A DNA stretch of 36,715 bases, taken from positions 1 through 36,715 of IMG/VR virus record IMGVR_UViG_3300045988_069160; one strand, written 5' to 3'. The notes under the pieces were generated by a model, which worked only from the letters and a program-made list of their open reading frames with translations, had not been told where the DNA came from and searched no databases. Positions within the stretch are counted from its first letter, which is position 1; the number at the start of each line of letters is the position of its first letter. Made by a program: the position numbers and the translations under genes. Positions 14,175 to 23,206 of the stretch are shown piece by piece. The DNA comes from a virus.

Positions 14175-15401
14175 ATGCAAAAGATGAACATCGTTTACAA
14201 GCGGCTCGATGAGCTGCGGCCATACGAAAACAACGCGAAGACCCACCCGGAATCACAGCTTGCCAACATTGCCCACAGCATCGCGACGTATGGCTGGAAA
14301 CAGCCGGTGGTAATAGACCCCTACGGAGTCATCATCGTCGGACACGGGCGCGTACAGGCGGCACAGCGGTCAAACGTGCTGCGAGACCAGCTTGTGCCGT
14401 GCATTATAGCCGATGATCTGACCGAAGAAGAGATAGCGCAGTTCAGGATCGTCGACAACAAGTCAGCGGAGTCCCCGTGGGATATGGACGCACTCGCAGC
14501 CGAGCTTGAAAAGGTCGACCTGTCGGGATTTGATTTTGATTTCGGGTTCGAGGACAAACTGAGCGCCGAGGTAGTCGAGGACAATTACGTGCCGGAGCTG
14601 CCTGAAAAGCCGAAAGCACGAGCGGGCGATGTGTACCAGCTGGGGGGGCACAGACTGATGTGCGGCGACAGCACGAAACGCGAGGATGTGGAGAAGCTGT
14701 GCGCCGGGGTCCAGATGGATTTACTCTTGACCGACCCGCCGTATAACGTGGACTACGAGGGCACGGCCGGGAAGATCAAGAACGACCACATGGCATCGGA
14801 TAAGTTCCGCGAGTTCCTCACGGCGGCGTTCCGGAATGCGGCTGCTGTGATGAAGCCCGGAGCGGGATTTTACATTTGGCACGCGGACTCGGAGGGCTAT
14901 AACTTCCGCGGGGCCTGCATGGACAGCAAGTTCCAGATTCGACAGTGCCTGATCTGGGTAAAAAACACACACGTAATGGGGCGACAGGACTTCCAGTGGA
15001 AGCACGAGCCTTGCCTGTACGGCGAGCGGGAGATCGAGGAAGATGAAATACCACTCGGCGATGAAACACAGCCGTGTTTGTACGGCTGGAAAGATGGCGC
15101 GCGGCACTATTTCTTCAAAAACCGCAAGCAATCCACCGTGCTTGAGTTTCCGAAGCCGATAAAGAGCAAGGAGCACCCGACGATGAAGCCAGTGCGCCTG
15201 TTCGACTACCAGATGCAGTGCTCGACGCACACCGGGGACAGCGTCCTCGACCTGTTCGCCGGGAGCGGGACGACGATCATAGCGGCGGAGCAGAACGGGC
15301 GGCGTGCATACTGCATGGAGTTCGACCCGCACTATGTCGACGTGATAATCGACCGCTGGGAGAAATTCACCGGCGAGCGGGCGGTGCTGCTGAATGAATG
15401 A
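14175..15401 (+). CDS. ParB-like nuclease domain fused to an N6A/N4C DNA methyltransferase
   Basis: 408 aa. N-terminal ParB-like motifs RPYENNAKTHP...IIVGHGR, followed by the beta-class methyltransferase motifs LLLTDPPYNVDY and DLFAGSGTT. Confidence 0.95.
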   Translation: MQKMNIVYKRLDELRPYENNAKTHPESQLANIAHSIATYGWKQPVVIDPYGVIIVGHGRVQAAQRSNVLRDQLVPCIIADDLTEEEIAQFRIVDNKSAESPWDMDALAAELEKVDLSGFDFDFGFEDKLSAEVVEDNYVPELPEKPKARAGDVYQLGGHRLMCGDSTKREDVEKLCAGVQMDLLLTDPPYNVDYEGTAGKIKNDHMASDKFREFLTAAFRNAAAVMKPGAGFYIWHADSEGYNFRGACMDSKFQIRQCLIWVKNTHVMGRQDFQWKHEPCLYGEREIEEDEIPLGDETQPCLYGWKDGARHYFFKNRKQSTVLEFPKPIKSKEHPTMKPVRLFDYQMQCSTHTGDSVLDLFAGSGTTIIAAEQNGRRAYCMEFDPHYVDVIIDRWEKFTGERAVLLNE

Positions 15402-15639
15402 GTGGCAGGCGCTCGAACGCTGCAAGCATCTGCTGACGAAGCAGCAGTACAGGACAATAAAAGGCCAGCTCCGAGCGGGCGATACCGCGGGAGCAATGCG
15501 TGGCTTGATAAAGCTGACAGGAGGAGGTGAGCCACATCGCAGCCAGGAAGAAGCCCGGCACGAAAAAGAAACCGGCAGCCGGAGGGAAGCCCAGCGCAAG
15601 GGGCAAATATGCGCAGTGGCGCACCGAGAGCGGGCTTGA
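15394..15639 (+). CDS. Small hypothetical protein upstream of TerS; 3' extent uncertain
   Basis: ATGAATGA overlap with the methyltransferase stop. The first ~45 aa (MNEWQALERCKHLLTKQQYRTIKGQLRAGDTAGAMRGLIKL) look genuine. The remaining ~36 aa overlap terS out of frame and look like shadow sequence. Confidence 0.45.
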   Translation: MNEWQALERCKHLLTKQQYRTIKGQLRAGDTAGAMRGLIKLTGGGEPHRSQEEARHEKETGSRREAQRKGQICAVAHRERA

Positions 15640-16066
15640 GCTGCTCGCCGCCTGGGCGCGCGACGGCTGCACCGATGAAGACCTTGCAAAAAAAATAGGC
15701 GTCGCTCCGTCGACCTTTTACGACTGGAAGCGCCGTTTTCCGGACATTGCCGAGGCAGTGTCCAAAGGAAAAGAAATCGTGGACATTAAAGTCGAGAACG
15801 CGTTGCTGAAGCGCGCTCTCGGCTACACGTATACGGAGGTCAAGAAAGAGGGCACCGTAAATGGCATAAAAAACGGCACGGCAAAGGTCACGGTGACAGA
15901 GAAAACCATGCCTCCGGATGTGGCTGCCATAATCTTTTGGCTGAAGAACCGCAAGCCGGACGTGTGGCGCGAGATCATAACCGAGACGCAGGAGCTGCTG
16001 GAGGACGACGGTTTCCTTGAGGCGCTGAACGAGAAGGCGGCGAGAATATGGCAAGACGAAGTGTAA
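15527..16066 (+). CDS. terS: Terminase small subunit
   Basis: 179 aa. Basic N-terminus followed by an HTH (CTDEDLAKKIGVAPSTFYDWKRRFPDIAEAV), typical of TerS. It lies immediately upstream of TerL. The only in-frame start is GTG at 15527, 2 nt after GGAGG. Confidence 0.85.
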   Translation: MSHIAARKKPGTKKKPAAGGKPSARGKYAQWRTESGLELLAAWARDGCTDEDLAKKIGVAPSTFYDWKRRFPDIAEAVSKGKEIVDIKVENALLKRALGYTYTEVKKEGTVNGIKNGTAKVTVTEKTMPPDVAAIIFWLKNRKPDVWREIITETQELLEDDGFLEALNEKAARIWQDEV

Positions 16067-17367
16067 GGAGCGCCGGATTCAAGTTTCAACCGTTTTCCCA
16101 CAAACAGAAGCAGGTTCTGACATGGTGGATGCCGTCGAGCGGAGTTTCCGACTATGAGGGCATCATTGCTGACGGCGCGATCAGGAGCGGGAAGACGGTG
16201 TCAATGGCACTGTCCTACGTTATGTGGGCAATGAGCACGTTTCGGGAAGAGAATTTCGGCATGTGCGGAAAGACGATCGGCAGTTTCCGGAGAAACGTAC
16301 TCGGACCGCTGCAGCGGATGCTGCGGACGCGGGGATATAAATATGCGTATCACCGTGCGGACAATTACATCGAGATACGCCGCGGCGCGGTGATAAATTA
16401 TTTCTACATCTTCGGCGGCAAGGATGAGAGCAGCCAGGACTTGGTGCAGGGCATAACGCTCGCGGGTGTGCTGTTCGACGAAGTAGCGCTGATGCCTGAA
16501 AGCTTTGTCAATCAGGCGACGGCGCGATGCTCGGTCGAGGGCTCGAAGTTCTGGTTCAACTGCAACCCAGACAGCCCGGAGCACTGGTTCAAGAAAGAAT
16601 GGATAGATAAGCTCGGCGAGGAGAGCGGGAAGCATTTGATCTATCTCCATTTCACGATGGACGATAACCTCTCCCTAAGCGAGGAAACGAAAGCCCGATA
16701 CCGGGGAATGTACAGCGGCGTGTTCTACAAACGCTTCATCCTCGGCGAGTGGTGTGTGGCCGAGGGGCTTGTCTACACCGAGTTCACGGATGCGAACATC
16801 AAGACCGAGCACGCGGCGAATCCCCAGCGCTGGTTCATCTCGATAGACTATGGCACATTCAACGCCTTTTCGGCGGGACTATGGTCATGGGACGGAAAGA
16901 AAGCGCAGCGGGAGCGGGAGTTTTACTATTCCGGCCGCGAGGAGCGGGAGCAGCTGACAGACGACGAATACTACACCAAGCTTGAAGAGCTGGCGGGCGA
17001 TTTGACGATCAGCTGCGTAGTAATAGACCCGTCGGCGGCGTCATTTATAACGCTGATCCGGAAGAAGAAAAGGTTCCAAACGAAGAAAGCGAAAAACGAT
17101 GTGCTTGACGGCATCCGCTTCACGGCTGCGTGCCTGAAGGCGGGGCTGATAACCGTTCACGAGAGCTGCGAGAGCTGCCTGCGGGAGTTCAAGCTGTACC
17201 GTTGGAACGAAAAAGCCACGACCGACACGGTCATCAAAGAGAATGACCACGCGATGGACGACACCCGGTATTTCGCATACACGATTCTGCGCCCATTGCT
17301 GCGCAGTGCGTATAAAGACGGCAAAGACAAAACCATTTCGACGATATTTGGAGGGCAATATCTATGA
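16048..17367 (+). CDS. terL: Terminase large subunit
   Basis: 439 aa. Walker A GAIRSGKT, Walker B-like GVLFDEV, and a C-terminal nuclease region with acidic residues (VIDPSAA, DHAMDDTRY). Confidence 0.95.
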   Translation: MARRSVRSAGFKFQPFSHKQKQVLTWWMPSSGVSDYEGIIADGAIRSGKTVSMALSYVMWAMSTFREENFGMCGKTIGSFRRNVLGPLQRMLRTRGYKYAYHRADNYIEIRRGAVINYFYIFGGKDESSQDLVQGITLAGVLFDEVALMPESFVNQATARCSVEGSKFWFNCNPDSPEHWFKKEWIDKLGEESGKHLIYLHFTMDDNLSLSEETKARYRGMYSGVFYKRFILGEWCVAEGLVYTEFTDANIKTEHAANPQRWFISIDYGTFNAFSAGLWSWDGKKAQREREFYYSGREEREQLTDDEYYTKLEELAGDLTISCVVIDPSAASFITLIRKKKRFQTKKAKNDVLDGIRFTAACLKAGLITVHESCESCLREFKLYRWNEKATTDTVIKENDHAMDDTRYFAYTILRPLLRSAYKDGKDKTISTIFGGQYL

Positions 17368-18809
17368 GTTTCCTGACCTATCAGGACTTCGAGACTGTGA
17401 AGCCGGAAGAGCTCGCAGACTTCGTAAAGCGTGCAATCGCGGAACATAAGGCCAGCGTAGAGTACGAAATCGCCTTGACGGCGGATCAATACGACAAAAA
17501 GCGGAACACGACGATCTGCAACTACGTCCAGACCATGATGGATGTGACCGGCGTTCGTATCGTGGATATCACGGCGGCAAACAATAAAATCTGCTCCAAC
17601 TTTTTCCACAGGCTGAACACGCAGCGGAATATGTACTCTCTGGGCAACGGCCTAACGTTCGAGAAAGAGGAGACAAAAAAGAAACTCGGCAGGAATGCCG
17701 ATGTGAAGATCAAGCAGGCTGCGTATAAGGCGCTGATCCACGGCCGGAGCTTCATCTTCTGGAACGGCAGCCAGATGTATGTGTTCCCGGTCACCGAGTT
17801 CAAGCCGCTGCCGGACGAGGACACCGGCGCAGTGAGAGCGGGAATCCGATTCTGGCAGCTCGCTGCAGATAAGCCGCTGATCGCCGTGCTCTACACGGAG
17901 CGCGGCTACAAGAAGTTCATATACCGGAAGGACAGGCAGCCCGAAGCAATACCGCCTGAGCGGGATAGATACATGGCCTACAAGATCACGATACGCAAGG
18001 TCGAGGCCACGGGAGAGGTCGAGGTGGCCGGGGAAGAGAACTGGAACGGCATCCTGCCGATAATCCCGCTTTACGGCTCGGAACTCAAGCAGAGCACCCT
18101 TGTCGGTATGCGCGAGCAGATAGATTCCTTTGACCTCATCCGTTCCGGATTCGCGAACAATCTTCAGGACTGCGCGGAAATATACTGGATCGTCAAGAGA
18201 GCGGGAGGCATGGACGATGCGTCACTTGCTGAGTTCCGCACCCGCTTGAAGACGCAGCACATTGCGTCGGTAAATTCCGAATATGACGACGGCGAGAATG
18301 ATGCTGCCGAGCCGTACACCCAGCAGATACCGTATGAAGCCCGGAAAGAATACCTGCAGGAGATCAGAGCGGGAATCTATGAGGACTTCGGAGGGCTGGA
18401 TGTGCATACCATCGCTGCCGGCGCCACGAATGACCACATTGACGCCGCTTATCAGCCTTTGGACGAAGAGGCGGACGATTTCGAGTTCCAAATCATTGAA
18501 TGCGTCGTGGCGCTGCTTGCACTGCAGGGCGTGTCGGAAGAGGACGCGACGCCGAGTTTCAAACGAAACCGAATCAGCAACCAGAAAGAGCAGACGGATA
18601 TGGTCATGGAGACCAGGGAACTGATCGGTGATGAGCTGGCATTAAAGAAGCTGCCTTTCCTGACCCCGGACGAGGTCGCGACGCGACTCGAAACTATGCT
18701 CGCCGAAGAAATGGACCGTTTTGATAACGGTTTCGACGACGGTAATAACAAAAATCCGGAGGACGATAACATAAACCCCTATGATGATAACGCTGGGGAT
18801 GAGGCATAA
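17364..18809 (+). CDS. Portal protein (SPP1 gp6-like)
   Basis: ATGA overlap with terL. 481 aa. Position, size and acidic C-terminus fit a portal protein. Confidence 0.9.
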   Translation: MSFLTYQDFETVKPEELADFVKRAIAEHKASVEYEIALTADQYDKKRNTTICNYVQTMMDVTGVRIVDITAANNKICSNFFHRLNTQRNMYSLGNGLTFEKEETKKKLGRNADVKIKQAAYKALIHGRSFIFWNGSQMYVFPVTEFKPLPDEDTGAVRAGIRFWQLAADKPLIAVLYTERGYKKFIYRKDRQPEAIPPERDRYMAYKITIRKVEATGEVEVAGEENWNGILPIIPLYGSELKQSTLVGMREQIDSFDLIRSGFANNLQDCAEIYWIVKRAGGMDDASLAEFRTRLKTQHIASVNSEYDDGENDAAEPYTQQIPYEARKEYLQEIRAGIYEDFGGLDVHTIAAGATNDHIDAAYQPLDEEADDFEFQIIECVVALLALQGVSEEDATPSFKRNRISNQKEQTDMVMETRELIGDELALKKLPFLTPDEVATRLETMLAEEMDRFDNGFDDGNNKNPEDDNINPYDDNAGDEA

Positions 18810-18812
18810 ACC

Positions 18813-20276
18813 ATGAAGCTGGATGAAGGCCACAGGCTGACCGATGAGCATCTGCAGGAGCTTGAAGAGCGCATCCGGGAAATGTACGAGGAAGCCGCTA
18901 AAGAGCTGCAGGGCATCATCGATGATTATTTTGCTAAGTTCGCGGTAAGAGACAAGGAAATGCAGGATATGCTGCAGGCCGGGAAAATCGACGAAGAAGC
19001 ATATAAGCAGTGGCGTTTAAATCAGATCGGCCGCGGCCGACGATTTGAGCAGTTGCGGGACAAGCTCGCGGAGCGGGCGACACATGCGAATGAAGTGGCG
19101 GTGGCCTACATCAATGACACCACGCCGGGGATATACACCCTCAACCGCAACTATGCGGCTTACGAGATTGAGAGCGTCGGAGCGGGCGTAGACTTCACTC
19201 TGTACGATGAGGCGACTATTCGCCGCTTGCTTGTCGAACGCCCTGACCTCATGCCATATTACCCGCCGAGCCTTGCACTGAAACGCGGCATTGATCTCAA
19301 CTACGGCAAAAAGCAGATAACCGCACGAGTAACACGGGGAATACTGATGGGCGAGAGCAACCGACAGATTGCTGCCGGGCTGAGGGAGCGGCTGACAAAC
19401 ATGAGCGTCACGAGCGCCATCCGCGCCGCACGAACCGCGGTCACGGCTGCCGAGAACGGCGGGCGAACGGCGAGTTATCAACAGGCCGAGGACATGGGCA
19501 TTGAGCTCACGCGTGAGTGGCTGTCCACAAGAGACGGCAGAACACGCCCCGAACACGGCAAAGCCGATGGACAGAGCGTCGGAGTCAAAGAACCCTTTAC
19601 AGTTGGCGGCGAAAAGCTCATGTTCCCCGGAGACGCTTCTCTTGGAGCGTCCGGCTGGAATCTGTATTGCTGCCGCTGCGCCGTGAAAGCCAAAATCAAA
19701 GGCCATGAACGCAAGAGAGAGGTGTATTCGGAATGGCTTGAGCGGAAAATGGAAGAAGACCCGCAAGGAACTACACTGGAGTTCAAAAAGCAGGTTCGGC
19801 GTAACGCTGATTATGCACAGTATCAGGAGTATGCAAAATACGCGCGTAAAGAGACACCAAATACATTTGCAAAATTTCAAGATTTGAAGTATAGTAACCC
19901 AAACGAATGGGAAAAGCTAAAAGCCACCAAACATCAGAGGGAGACAATAAAAAACGCGCCGTGCGAAACCACGCCGAAAAAATTCAGCGGCTATTTTCTC
20001 AAGGACGGAACAAAGCACGCGAGAGATTTTTTCGATGCTGGGTATTCTGCGAATGATGTTCTGCGGCTACGCTATGATATAGCCCGGCAATTCGACGAAA
20101 GCAAGGCTGAGAAGTTTACCATTGATGAAGATGGGCGCGAAAGGTTCAGGATTTACATGAAATTGGGAACAAAAGGACAGGTATTCCGCACTGCGTGGAT
20201 CCGCGATACGCCGGAAAGCAAGCCGAGAATAACCACGGCGTTCAGGGAGGCGGCAAAAGATGATAAAGCTTTTTGA
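18813..20276 (+). CDS. Minor head protein (Mu F / SPP1 gp7-like) with an additional ~190-aa C-terminal extension
   Basis: 487 aa. MuF-type core TRPEHGKADGQSV...FPGD...LYCCRC ends near aa 297. The C-terminal part (from about nt 19710) is visibly AT-richer; its last ~100 aa resemble, from memory, the DUF6883 pattern. Confidence 0.9.
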   Translation: MKLDEGHRLTDEHLQELEERIREMYEEAAKELQGIIDDYFAKFAVRDKEMQDMLQAGKIDEEAYKQWRLNQIGRGRRFEQLRDKLAERATHANEVAVAYINDTTPGIYTLNRNYAAYEIESVGAGVDFTLYDEATIRRLLVERPDLMPYYPPSLALKRGIDLNYGKKQITARVTRGILMGESNRQIAAGLRERLTNMSVTSAIRAARTAVTAAENGGRTASYQQAEDMGIELTREWLSTRDGRTRPEHGKADGQSVGVKEPFTVGGEKLMFPGDASLGASGWNLYCCRCAVKAKIKGHERKREVYSEWLERKMEEDPQGTTLEFKKQVRRNADYAQYQEYAKYARKETPNTFAKFQDLKYSNPNEWEKLKATKHQRETIKNAPCETTPKKFSGYFLKDGTKHARDFFDAGYSANDVLRLRYDIARQFDESKAEKFTIDEDGRERFRIYMKLGTKGQVFRTAWIRDTPESKPRITTAFREAAKDDKAF

Positions 20277-20451
20277 CCATGTCAAAATAAAGGAAACAGG
20301 AATTAGCGGCATCGTGGTCGATATTGGCGAGGTAAAAGGCGAGGCTCGATACGAAGTGGAAGCCGACGAAAAGGGCACACCGGGAGGCTACGGCGATGAA
20401 GGCGACTGGAAGCTATACGGTTGCCGCGCTGCTGAAATCGAGAAGGTGTGA
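20260..20451 (+). CDS. Small protein overlapping the MuF 3' end (DUF4926-like by memory; candidate cognate/immunity partner)
   Basis: 63 aa. The start overlaps the MuF gene by 17 nt. Product: MIKLFDHVKIKETGISGIVVDIGEVKGEARYEVEADEKG... Confidence 0.7.
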   Translation: MIKLFDHVKIKETGISGIVVDIGEVKGEARYEVEADEKGTPGGYGDEGDWKLYGCRAAEIEKV

Positions 20452-20454
20452 ACA

Positions 20455-20883
20455 TTGGCTATAGAAGTCAAAATCATAAACAACAAAGACCTTGTGAGAA
20501 ATGCCCTCCGCGAGCAAATCATTACTGCCCTTGAAGCAGTGGGCATACAGGCTGAGGGCGACGTCAAGGATGAAGTCGAGAACCTGCATGCGGTTGACAC
20601 GGGACGGCTCAGGAGCAGCATCACACACAAGGTCGTCCCCGATGAGAAGGCCGTATACGTGGGGACGGACGTCAACTATGCCGTCTACGTCCACGAGGGG
20701 ACCGGCGCGGAGAACGTGGCCGGGGGCACACCGAAGAAGCGCTGGGCATACAAAGACCCGCTGACCGGGGAGTGGCGCATTGGCACACCGCAAAAGCCCC
20801 GCCGCTTCATCAAAAAGGCTGTTGAAAAGAACGCCAAGGATTACGGGAAAATCATTGAAGAATACCTCTCCCGCGGCGATTAA
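20455..20883 (+). CDS. HK97 gp10-family head-tail joining protein
   Basis: TTG start with a GAAGGTG RBS, 142 aa. DTGRLRSSI...NYAVYVHEGTG is typical of the gp10 family. Confidence 0.8.
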   Translation: MAIEVKIINNKDLVRNALREQIITALEAVGIQAEGDVKDEVENLHAVDTGRLRSSITHKVVPDEKAVYVGTDVNYAVYVHEGTGAENVAGGTPKKRWAYKDPLTGEWRIGTPQKPRRFIKKAVEKNAKDYGKIIEEYLSRGD

Positions 20884-20920
20884 AAAATGAGCCACAAAAG
20901 CCAAATGAATATTTTAGAAT
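20884..20920 (+). promoter_or_regulatory. Conserved late-operon motif, copy 2
   Basis: AAAAATGAGCCACAAAAGCCAAATGAA, then TAGAAT 9 nt after GCCAAA. It matches 13970-14008 at 27 of the first 29 positions. Confidence 0.5.
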
Positions 20921-20953
20921 AAGCTCACAACGAAAGTTGTGGGCTTATTTTTA
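20921..20953 (+). terminator. Rho-independent terminator abutting motif copy 2
   Basis: AAGCTCACAAC, GAAA loop, GTTGTGGGCTT (11 bp including one G-U pair), followed by ATTTTTAT. Confidence 0.7.
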
Positions 20954-21008
20954 TACCCACTCCTGCGGCGAGGAACTGCCGCCGAAGAACCGAAAAAGGA
21001 GAATAAAC

Positions 21009-21605
21009 ATGGCACTCACAAGAAAAGGCCTCAAAGCAATGGGGCTGACGGATGAGCAGGTCGACAGTGTGATCGAGCTCCACACCGAGACCATCGACGG
21101 ACTCACCACTCAGCGCGACGAATATAAAGTCGCAGCTGATAAGCTTCCGGGCGTTCAGAAGGAATTGGACGAGCTGAAAGCAGCAGACGGCGGTTACAAG
21201 AAAAAGTACGAGGAAGAACACTCGGCTTTTGAGACTTACAAGTCTGCTCAGACCGCCAAGGAAACCAAAGCCGCAAAAACCACGGCAGTGCGCAAGTATT
21301 TTGAGAGCAAGGGCATCACCGGCAAGAGCCTTGAAATAGCTATGCGCGGAGCGGGAGCGGAGATCGATGCAGCCGAGCTTGACGGTGAAAAGCTCAAGGA
21401 CACCGCAGCACTCGACGCCCTCGTCACCGGCGATTTTGCGGGGCTGGTAGGCAAGACGATCACCAAGGGCGCGAAGGTGGACACGCCACCGGCGAACAAC
21501 TCCGGCGCGGTAAAGACGCGCGCAGAGATTGCAGCCATGCCTGACCGTGAAGCTCGCCGCGCGGAATACGCGAAACTTATCAACACTGAGAACAAAGGAG
21601 ATTAA
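21009..21605 (+). CDS. Scaffolding protein
   Basis: ATG at 21009 follows an AAAAAGGAG RBS. 198 aa, helical and charged, immediately upstream of the major capsid gene. Confidence 0.8.
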   Translation: MALTRKGLKAMGLTDEQVDSVIELHTETIDGLTTQRDEYKVAADKLPGVQKELDELKAADGGYKKKYEEEHSAFETYKSAQTAKETKAAKTTAVRKYFESKGITGKSLEIAMRGAGAEIDAAELDGEKLKDTAALDALVTGDFAGLVGKTITKGAKVDTPPANNSGAVKTRAEIAAMPDREARRAEYAKLINTENKGD

Positions 21606-21607
21606 TC

Positions 21608-22744
21608 ATGGCAGAAGCGAATCTGATTAAGAGAGAAGATCTCTCGCGAGTGAGAGAAATGGAGTTTGTCGACCAGTTCGGCTACTCCGTCAAGAAGCTG
21701 CTGGAGGTTCTGGGCGTCACCAGAAAAATCAAGAAGCAGCCCGGAACCGTCCTCAAGAGCTATAAGGCGAAGGGAAAGCTTGAGAGCGGGATCGTCGGCG
21801 AAGGTGAAACCATACCGCTGAGCAAGTATGAGGTCGAAGAGATCAACTACAAGGAAATCACGCTGAAGAAGTGGCGTAAGGCCACCACCCTTGAAGCAAT
21901 TGTAGACCGCGGCTACGATCAGGCCGTCGAGGCTACCACGGCTGAAATGCTGCGTGATGTACAGAGGGGAATCCGAAAGGACTTCTTCACGTTCATGCTG
22001 AGCGGAGAGACCTCGGCCACAGGTAAGAACTTCCAGACTGCGCTCGCGCGCATGTGGGGACAGCTTCAGATCCTCTTTGAGGACGACAATATCCAGGCAG
22101 TGTACTTCATGAACCCGATGGATGTTGCAGACTACCTCGCCGATCACAACATCACTGTGGAGAGCGTGTTCGGTATGAGGTATGTGGAGAACTTCCTCGG
22201 CATCGGCACCACGTTTTTCAATTCCTCCGTGCCGCAGGGGAAGATTGCCGCGACCGCGTCCGGGAACATCGTCTGCTACTACGTCGACGCCGCAACGGCG
22301 GATGTCGCCGAGGCGTTCAACTTCACCACCGATGAGACCGGCCTGATCGGCATTCACGAGACTTCGGACTACGATAACCTTACCTCGAAGGACACGGTTG
22401 TCTCGGGTGTGGAGCTGTTCGCAGAGCGTATCGACGGCATTGTCGTCGGCACGATCGGCAGCACTCTCGGCGCCCTGACCGTCACGAGCGCCGCCGGTAA
22501 GGCTTCCGGCACCACGAAGCTGACGGTAACCCCGGCCAAGAGCAGCGCGGGCAACATCTACAAGTACAAGGTCGGCGAAGCAGCTGAAACCGTGACCATG
22601 GGCGAAGACGTGTCCGGCTGGGACAGCTGGGACGGCGCGGCGGACATCACGGCCGCGACGGGGAAGACCCTGACCCTTGTCGAGGCGGACAGCCTCAATA
22701 AGGCGGTAGCGTCCGGCTCGGCCACGGTAACGGCCAAGGGCTGA
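21608..22744 (+). CDS. Major capsid protein (HK97 fold) with C-terminal Ig-like domain
   Basis: 378 aa, positioned after the scaffold gene. The C-terminal ~90 aa (LTVTSAAGKASGTTKLTVTPAKS...ASGSATVTAKG) have a beta-strand-rich, Ig-like character. Confidence 0.9.
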   Translation: MAEANLIKREDLSRVREMEFVDQFGYSVKKLLEVLGVTRKIKKQPGTVLKSYKAKGKLESGIVGEGETIPLSKYEVEEINYKEITLKKWRKATTLEAIVDRGYDQAVEATTAEMLRDVQRGIRKDFFTFMLSGETSATGKNFQTALARMWGQLQILFEDDNIQAVYFMNPMDVADYLADHNITVESVFGMRYVENFLGIGTTFFNSSVPQGKIAATASGNIVCYYVDAATADVAEAFNFTTDETGLIGIHETSDYDNLTSKDTVVSGVELFAERIDGIVVGTIGSTLGALTVTSAAGKASGTTKLTVTPAKSSAGNIYKYKVGEAAETVTMGEDVSGWDSWDGAADITAATGKTLTLVEADSLNKAVASGSATVTAKG

Positions 22745-22765
22745 TAAACAAAGGAGGACGGCAGC

Positions 22766-23206
22766 ATGAATGAAACGCTTGACGAAGTATGCGGATTTCT
22801 CCGCAACTGGTTCACCGTGCCGGGTGGTGTTCATGTCGGCACATACACCGTCGTTGACGGGGCGCTCACGCTGCCGTTCCTCCAGAACGGACAGTATTAC
22901 CGGATAATCGGGAGCGTGTTTAACGACGGTGTTCACCGGTACGGCGACGAAGAGGACAGATTAGCCCCTGAGAGCTTCCACGGGGCCGTCTGGGCGCTTG
23001 CAGTCCCGCCGGCGGTCATATCTATTACCAAAGAGATCGAGGAATGGAGCGCCCAGAACGCGGCGACAGTGGCGAGCCCGTACCAGTCGGAGAGCTTCGG
23101 CGGTTACAGCTACAGCAAAGCGGCGCCGAGCGGGAGCGGAGTGCAGAAGACTCTGACATGGAGGAACGTGTTCGCGGCGAAGCTTGCGAGGTGGAGGAAG
23201 TTATGA
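22766..23206 (+). CDS. Head-tail connector (gp6-like / DNA packaging) protein
   Basis: AAAGGAGG RBS, 146 aa. SESFGGYSYSK...W...F...LARWRK is typical of gp6-like connectors. Confidence 0.7.
   Translation: MNETLDEVCGFLRNWFTVPGGVHVGTYTVVDGALTLPFLQNGQYYRIIGSVFNDGVHRYGDEEDRLAPESFHGAVWALAVPPAVISITKEIEEWSAQNAATVASPYQSESFGGYSYSKAAPSGSGVQKTLTWRNVFAAKLARWRKL

Noticed and set aside
15511-15530. A programmed +1 frameshift fusing the 15394 ORF to TerS.
   Set aside because: There is no recognisable slippery or stop-codon shift site in the 10-nt window where the shift would have to occur. GTG initiation or an overlap is simpler. It is kept only as a low-interest note.
21602-22936. A 444-aa minus-strand ORF antisense to the major capsid gene. 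Similar long antisense ORFs occur at 6188-7024, 6904-7419, 8187-9068, 12965-13501, 14721-15689, 15332-16054, 19017-19880, 24601-25239, 32569-33309, 35296-36123 and 36117-36713.
   Set aside because: These are typical shadow ORFs of high-GC coding DNA. Their translations are Arg/Ala/Gly/Leu-rich and low in complexity. They have no RBS, and each fully overlaps a + strand gene with a recognisable motif or strong operon context.
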